Shown: positions 63,382-64,000 of the stretch, in pieces
Layout: each line of letters starts with the position of its first letter
Numbering within the stretch: position 1 is the first letter of the stretch
Position numbers and translations under genes: made by a program
Assembly: GCF_004010195.1 (NCBI RefSeq)
Contig: NC_057751.1
Coordinates: 13,664,267 to 13,728,266 of the forward strand
DNA: 64,000 bases
Source of the DNA: Chiloscyllium plagiosum
Taxonomy: Eukaryota
Direction: 5' to 3'
Notes under the pieces: generated by a model
What the model saw: only the letters and a program-made list of their open reading frames with translations
Database searches by the model: none
What the model was told of the DNA's origin: nothing

Positions 63382-64000
63382 TACTACAATCTAGATTGAA
63401 GTATTTCAATGTCCTTTCGTACCTGTATCAATAAGGTGAGTATGTTGCTCACAGATTATAAAAGACACAAGCAGGACTGGAATTGAGATGTTTGTCTGAT
63501 AACCATCAATAAGCGCATTTGATGGCGAAGATAATAGTTAACTTTCTGGAGCTCGTTGAAGCTGCTCTTCCCTGCATTGCAATGAAGTTAGAAGAGATCC
63601 ACACAGCAACACTAATTTGTACTTACAAGCTGATGATCAAAGACAGGAGAGTAGGCTGAAGCAGAAAAATTGGCATATGACAGATTATTAATTCATATGA
63701 CATGGAAAGTAGAGAGGCAAAGTGAAAACTGAACTAAGGGCAAAAAATTAATGTGTAATAACTAAAAAAATCCTGAAGACTTCTTTATGCTTATAAATAC
63801 ATAATTGGGAGGATCAAGGATGCAAATTGCAGAGGTACTGGCCATTATCTCCCAATGCTTTTTAATGGGCACTGGGTAATCCCAAAAGACTACAGAATTG
63901 TAAACATAAAAGCTGTAAGAATAAATCATTCAACCACAAACCAGTCAGTTTAACCTTGGTTGTGGCAAAGATTTTACAAACATTGACAGTCCCTGAAAAG

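Noticed and set aside
63395..63445. Strong donor-like AAG|GTGAGT on the + strand at ~63435
   Set aside because: No convincing acceptor or recognisable reading frame; isolated consensus matches are common
41650..64000. ADK- or KAT6A-like exons expected from paralogue synteny
   Set aside because: No ORF or manual translation in this interval resembled either protein

Overview
Vertebrate genomic DNA, most likely a shark: it carries HE1-type tRNA-derived SINEs, CR1/HER1-type LINEs and several Penelope families (inference). Two protein-coding genes lie in tandem on the minus strand. The first is a complete 8-coding-exon AP-3 mu subunit gene (AP3M2; CDS 41437->7045, 1257 nt, 418 aa, all introns GT-AG) with a CpG-rich, CCAAT/GC/ETS-rich promoter directly upstream of the ATG. 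The second is the first coding exon of a deoxynucleoside kinase (DGUOK-like; 354->69, absent from the ORF track because the frame runs off the window), with a mitochondrial-type leader, a second strong in-frame ATG and an overlapping uORF. The rest is mostly transposon-derived: CR1, Rex1 and RTE LINEs, HE1 SINEs, solo LTRs, TA-flanked Tc1/mariner-superfamily MITEs, and Penelope-like elements of at least three families. The most notable signal is a population of Penelope pseudo-LTR derivatives carrying minimal hammerhead-ribozyme motifs. These include short TSD-flanked palindromes centred on the ribozyme and a chimeric insertion in AP3M2 intron 1 with two identical sense-strand hammerheads and a captured 104-bp copy of neighbouring DNA. 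Gene coordinates were read base by base; most repeat boundaries are approximate.
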